Part shown: in pieces, positions 62,113 through 64,000 of the stretch
Layout of the letters: every line of letters starts with the position of its first letter
Numbering within the stretch: the stretch's first letter is position 1
Assembly: GCA_964632315.1 (NCBI GenBank)
Contig: CAZWEM010000009.1
Location: forward strand, 32,001-96,000
Direction of reading: 5' to 3'
Length of the DNA stretch: 64,000 bases
DNA from: an uncultured archaeon
GTDB taxonomy: Archaea; Asgardarchaeota; Lokiarchaeia; Sigyniarchaeales; SOKP01
Program-made: the position numbers and the translations under genes
The notes under the pieces: model-generated
Databases searched by the model: none
What the model saw: the letters and a program-made list of their open reading frames with translations, nothing else
What the model was told of the DNA's origin: nothing

Positions 62113-62964
62113 ATGATAATGAGCGAAAAATTAATTGAAAAACAACCGTTTAAGGATAAATTTGCCATTTTCTGTGGTGCTTCAAAGGGAATTGGAAAAG
62201 CTACAGCAAGTTTATTTGTTAAATTAGGTGGTAACGCTTGCATTGTAGCGAGAAATTTGGATACATTAAATAGTGCTGCTGATGAAATCAAGGGAAATAA
62301 GTACAGTGAAGATCAGATAGTAGATGTTTTAAGTTGTGATGTATCAAATGAAGAACAAGTACAAGGAGGATTCAATGAAATCATTAAAAAGCATGGGGTT
62401 CCAGATTACCTGTTTAATTTTGTTGGAATTTCCTTACCAGATTATACAGATAAAATGCCAATAAAAACCTATAAACTTCATATGGATACTAACTTTTTTG
62501 GGCAATTAAATCCTGTTATTACCCTCCTCCCTCATTTTATGGAACGCCAATCGGGTCATATTATTAATATGTCATCGGTTGCTGGTTATATTGGATTAAT
62601 GGGATATGCAGCCTATACTCCAACAAAATTTGCGATTGCAGGACTGAGTGAAGTATTGCGACATGAATATAAACCCTATAACATTAAAATTTCGGTTGTA
62701 TATCCACCTGATACCGATACGTTTGGATTACACGAAGAAGCCAAAACACGTCCTGAAGAATTAAATATAATCTCTGAGAGGGCAGGTTTAATGAAACCTG
62801 AAGAAGTTGCTGAAACAATTCTTAAAGGTGTTTTAAAAAAGAAATTTTATATCTTGCCCGGATCTTCGAAATTTATGTGGAGAATGATGCGATTCTTCCC
62901 AAAATTGGTCCATTGGGTCACTGATGGGGACCTTAAAAAAGCCAGAAAAAAAATGGGTAAATAA
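62113..62964 (+). CDS. SDR oxidoreductase, 3-ketodihydrosphingosine reductase (KDSR)-like subgroup
   Basis: GASKGIG, SSVAG, YTPTK, 'VVYPPDTDT'. Confidence 0.8.
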   Translation: MIMSEKLIEKQPFKDKFAIFCGASKGIGKATASLFVKLGGNACIVARNLDTLNSAADEIKGNKYSEDQIVDVLSCDVSNEEQVQGGFNEIIKKHGVPDYLFNFVGISLPDYTDKMPIKTYKLHMDTNFFGQLNPVITLLPHFMERQSGHIINMSSVAGYIGLMGYAAYTPTKFAIAGLSEVLRHEYKPYNIKISVVYPPDTDTFGLHEEAKTRPEELNIISERAGLMKPEEVAETILKGVLKKKFYILPGSSKFMWRMMRFFPKLVHWVTDGDLKKARKKMGK

Positions 62965-62981
62965 TTGCTTTTTATTTTTTA

Positions 62982-63608
62982 TTATCTTTTTTTAGCGAAT
63001 ATATATCTTAAAATGTGACAATGTTTTCCAAGATTCCCATGATTTTCCTCTTCTTTGATGATTCCATTCTTAATTATGATGTAATCGGCGAAGTGTTCGT
63101 ATAAATCATTTTGAGTGAAATAATGGGTCGGTCTACCTGGTTTAGATTCGAAAGTGTTATGTTCTAATTTCTTTCCCTTGCCAAAACTTAGTTCTTTTTC
63201 AGAAAATACGGTAAAAAAAACATATCCTCCAAATTTTAATTGGTCAAAGCATTTTATGATAAAATTAAAGCGATCTTCTCTCAAGAAAAGATGTAATACA
63301 TTAAAGCAATAAATAGCGTCATAGACCTCATTCGAAAAGGGCATGTTTAATATAGACCCTTCAAAAAATCGGCTATTACTATCAAAACTTTTTGCTAAAT
63401 CTATCGCAGTCTTAGATATCTCAATTCCTGTGACCTCAAACTCAGAATCTGATAATAGTTTCGTGTTCCGACCATATCCCGCTCCAGGAACTAGAATTTT
63501 TTTAACATTGTATTTTTTAAATAATTTAATAGCGAGATAAGCAGATTTAGAGGGTTTGACTCCCCAAATTTTTCCTTCATCTAAAAATCGCTTTTCCCAA
63601 TATTCCAT
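62982..63608 (-). CDS. Class I SAM-dependent methyltransferase
   Basis: 'ILVPGAGYGRN', 'GIEIS', 'YDAIYCFNVLH'. Confidence 0.9.
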   Translation of the reverse strand: MEYWEKRFLDEGKIWGVKPSKSAYLAIKLFKKYNVKKILVPGAGYGRNTKLLSDSEFEVTGIEISKTAIDLAKSFDSNSRFFEGSILNMPFSNEVYDAIYCFNVLHLFLREDRFNFIIKCFDQLKFGGYVFFTVFSEKELSFGKGKKLEHNTFESKPGRPTHYFTQNDLYEHFADYIIIKNGIIKEEENHGNLGKHCHILRYIFAKKR

Positions 63609-63661
63609 GATAAATTTAATTATTGGTGTAAAATATTTTTAATTCAAAAAATTGAAAGAAA

Positions 63662-64000
63662 ATGAAACTAATCGGTTTTATTGTAAATCCCATTGCTGGC
63701 CTTGGGGGGAGTGTGGGGCTTAAAGGAACCGATGGCAACTTATACAAGCTTGCTTTACAAATGGGAGCTAAACCTAATACTGTAAATATAGTTAATCAAT
63801 TTCTTAATAGTTTAGAATATAAAAAGGAGATAAAGTTTTTAGCAGCTCCCGCTCAAATGGGGGAAGATTATCTTGGTGATTATGAGATTGAATATGAGGT
63901 ATTTGGAGAAATCGGTGATAAAACAGATGCAGATGATACCAAAAAAATCGCAAATTTATTAATCGTCAAAAATGTTGAGTGTATTGTCTTTTTTGGAGGA
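63662..64000 (+). CDS. ATP-NAD/AcoX kinase family protein (3'-truncated by window edge)
   Basis: Manual translation MKLIGFIVNPIAGLGGSVGLKGTDG...IVFFGG. Confidence 0.88.
   Translation, partial: MKLIGFIVNPIAGLGGSVGLKGTDGNLYKLALQMGAKPNTVNIVNQFLNSLEYKKEIKFLAAPAQMGEDYLGDYEIEYEVFGEIGDKTDADDTKKIANLLIVKNVECIVFFGG

Noticed and set aside
473-63540. Numerous short antisense or alternate-frame ORFs in the track (e.g. 729..1268, 16715..17185, 31644..32000)
   Set aside because: They overlap well-supported genes and have no recognisable motifs.
1-64000. tRNA/rRNA genes, CRISPR arrays, IS elements, endA/rtcB or sel genes
   Set aside because: None recognised by eye in this window; the splicing and Sec machinery must be encoded elsewhere if the main findings hold.

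Overview
AT-rich archaeal window, most likely Asgard (Lokiarchaeia/Promethearchaeota). This is inferred from the eukaryote-type SECIS elements, the HdrA/MvhD/Prx selenoprotein set, and giant single-pass membrane proteins with a longin-like tail. Gene content is mainly anaerobic redox metabolism: a Sec-containing hdrA-mvhD-fdhB-like operon, two tungsten AORs, Fe-ADH, NfnA with an FrhB-NfnB fusion, and an HdrD/GltD chimera. There are also transporters, peptidases, mannoside use genes, two toxin-antitoxin pairs and a SNF2/RapA helicase. Main observation: two core genes, class I GAPDH (2487-3525, -) and the selenoprotein mvhD (11198-11665, -), are each interrupted near the 5' end by a short stop-containing hairpin insert (31 nt and 30 nt). 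Each insert folds with its flanks into a bulge-helix-bulge (BHB) motif. Cutting at the canonical BHB positions exactly restores the conserved motifs INGFGRIGR and C-W-K-U. This points to tRNA-type (EndA/RtcB) introns in mRNAs, one ending 1 nt before a Sec codon. Three selenoprotein genes (5 UGA-Sec codons) and two SECIS elements are split or missed by the ORF track. All structures were folded by eye and no searches were run.
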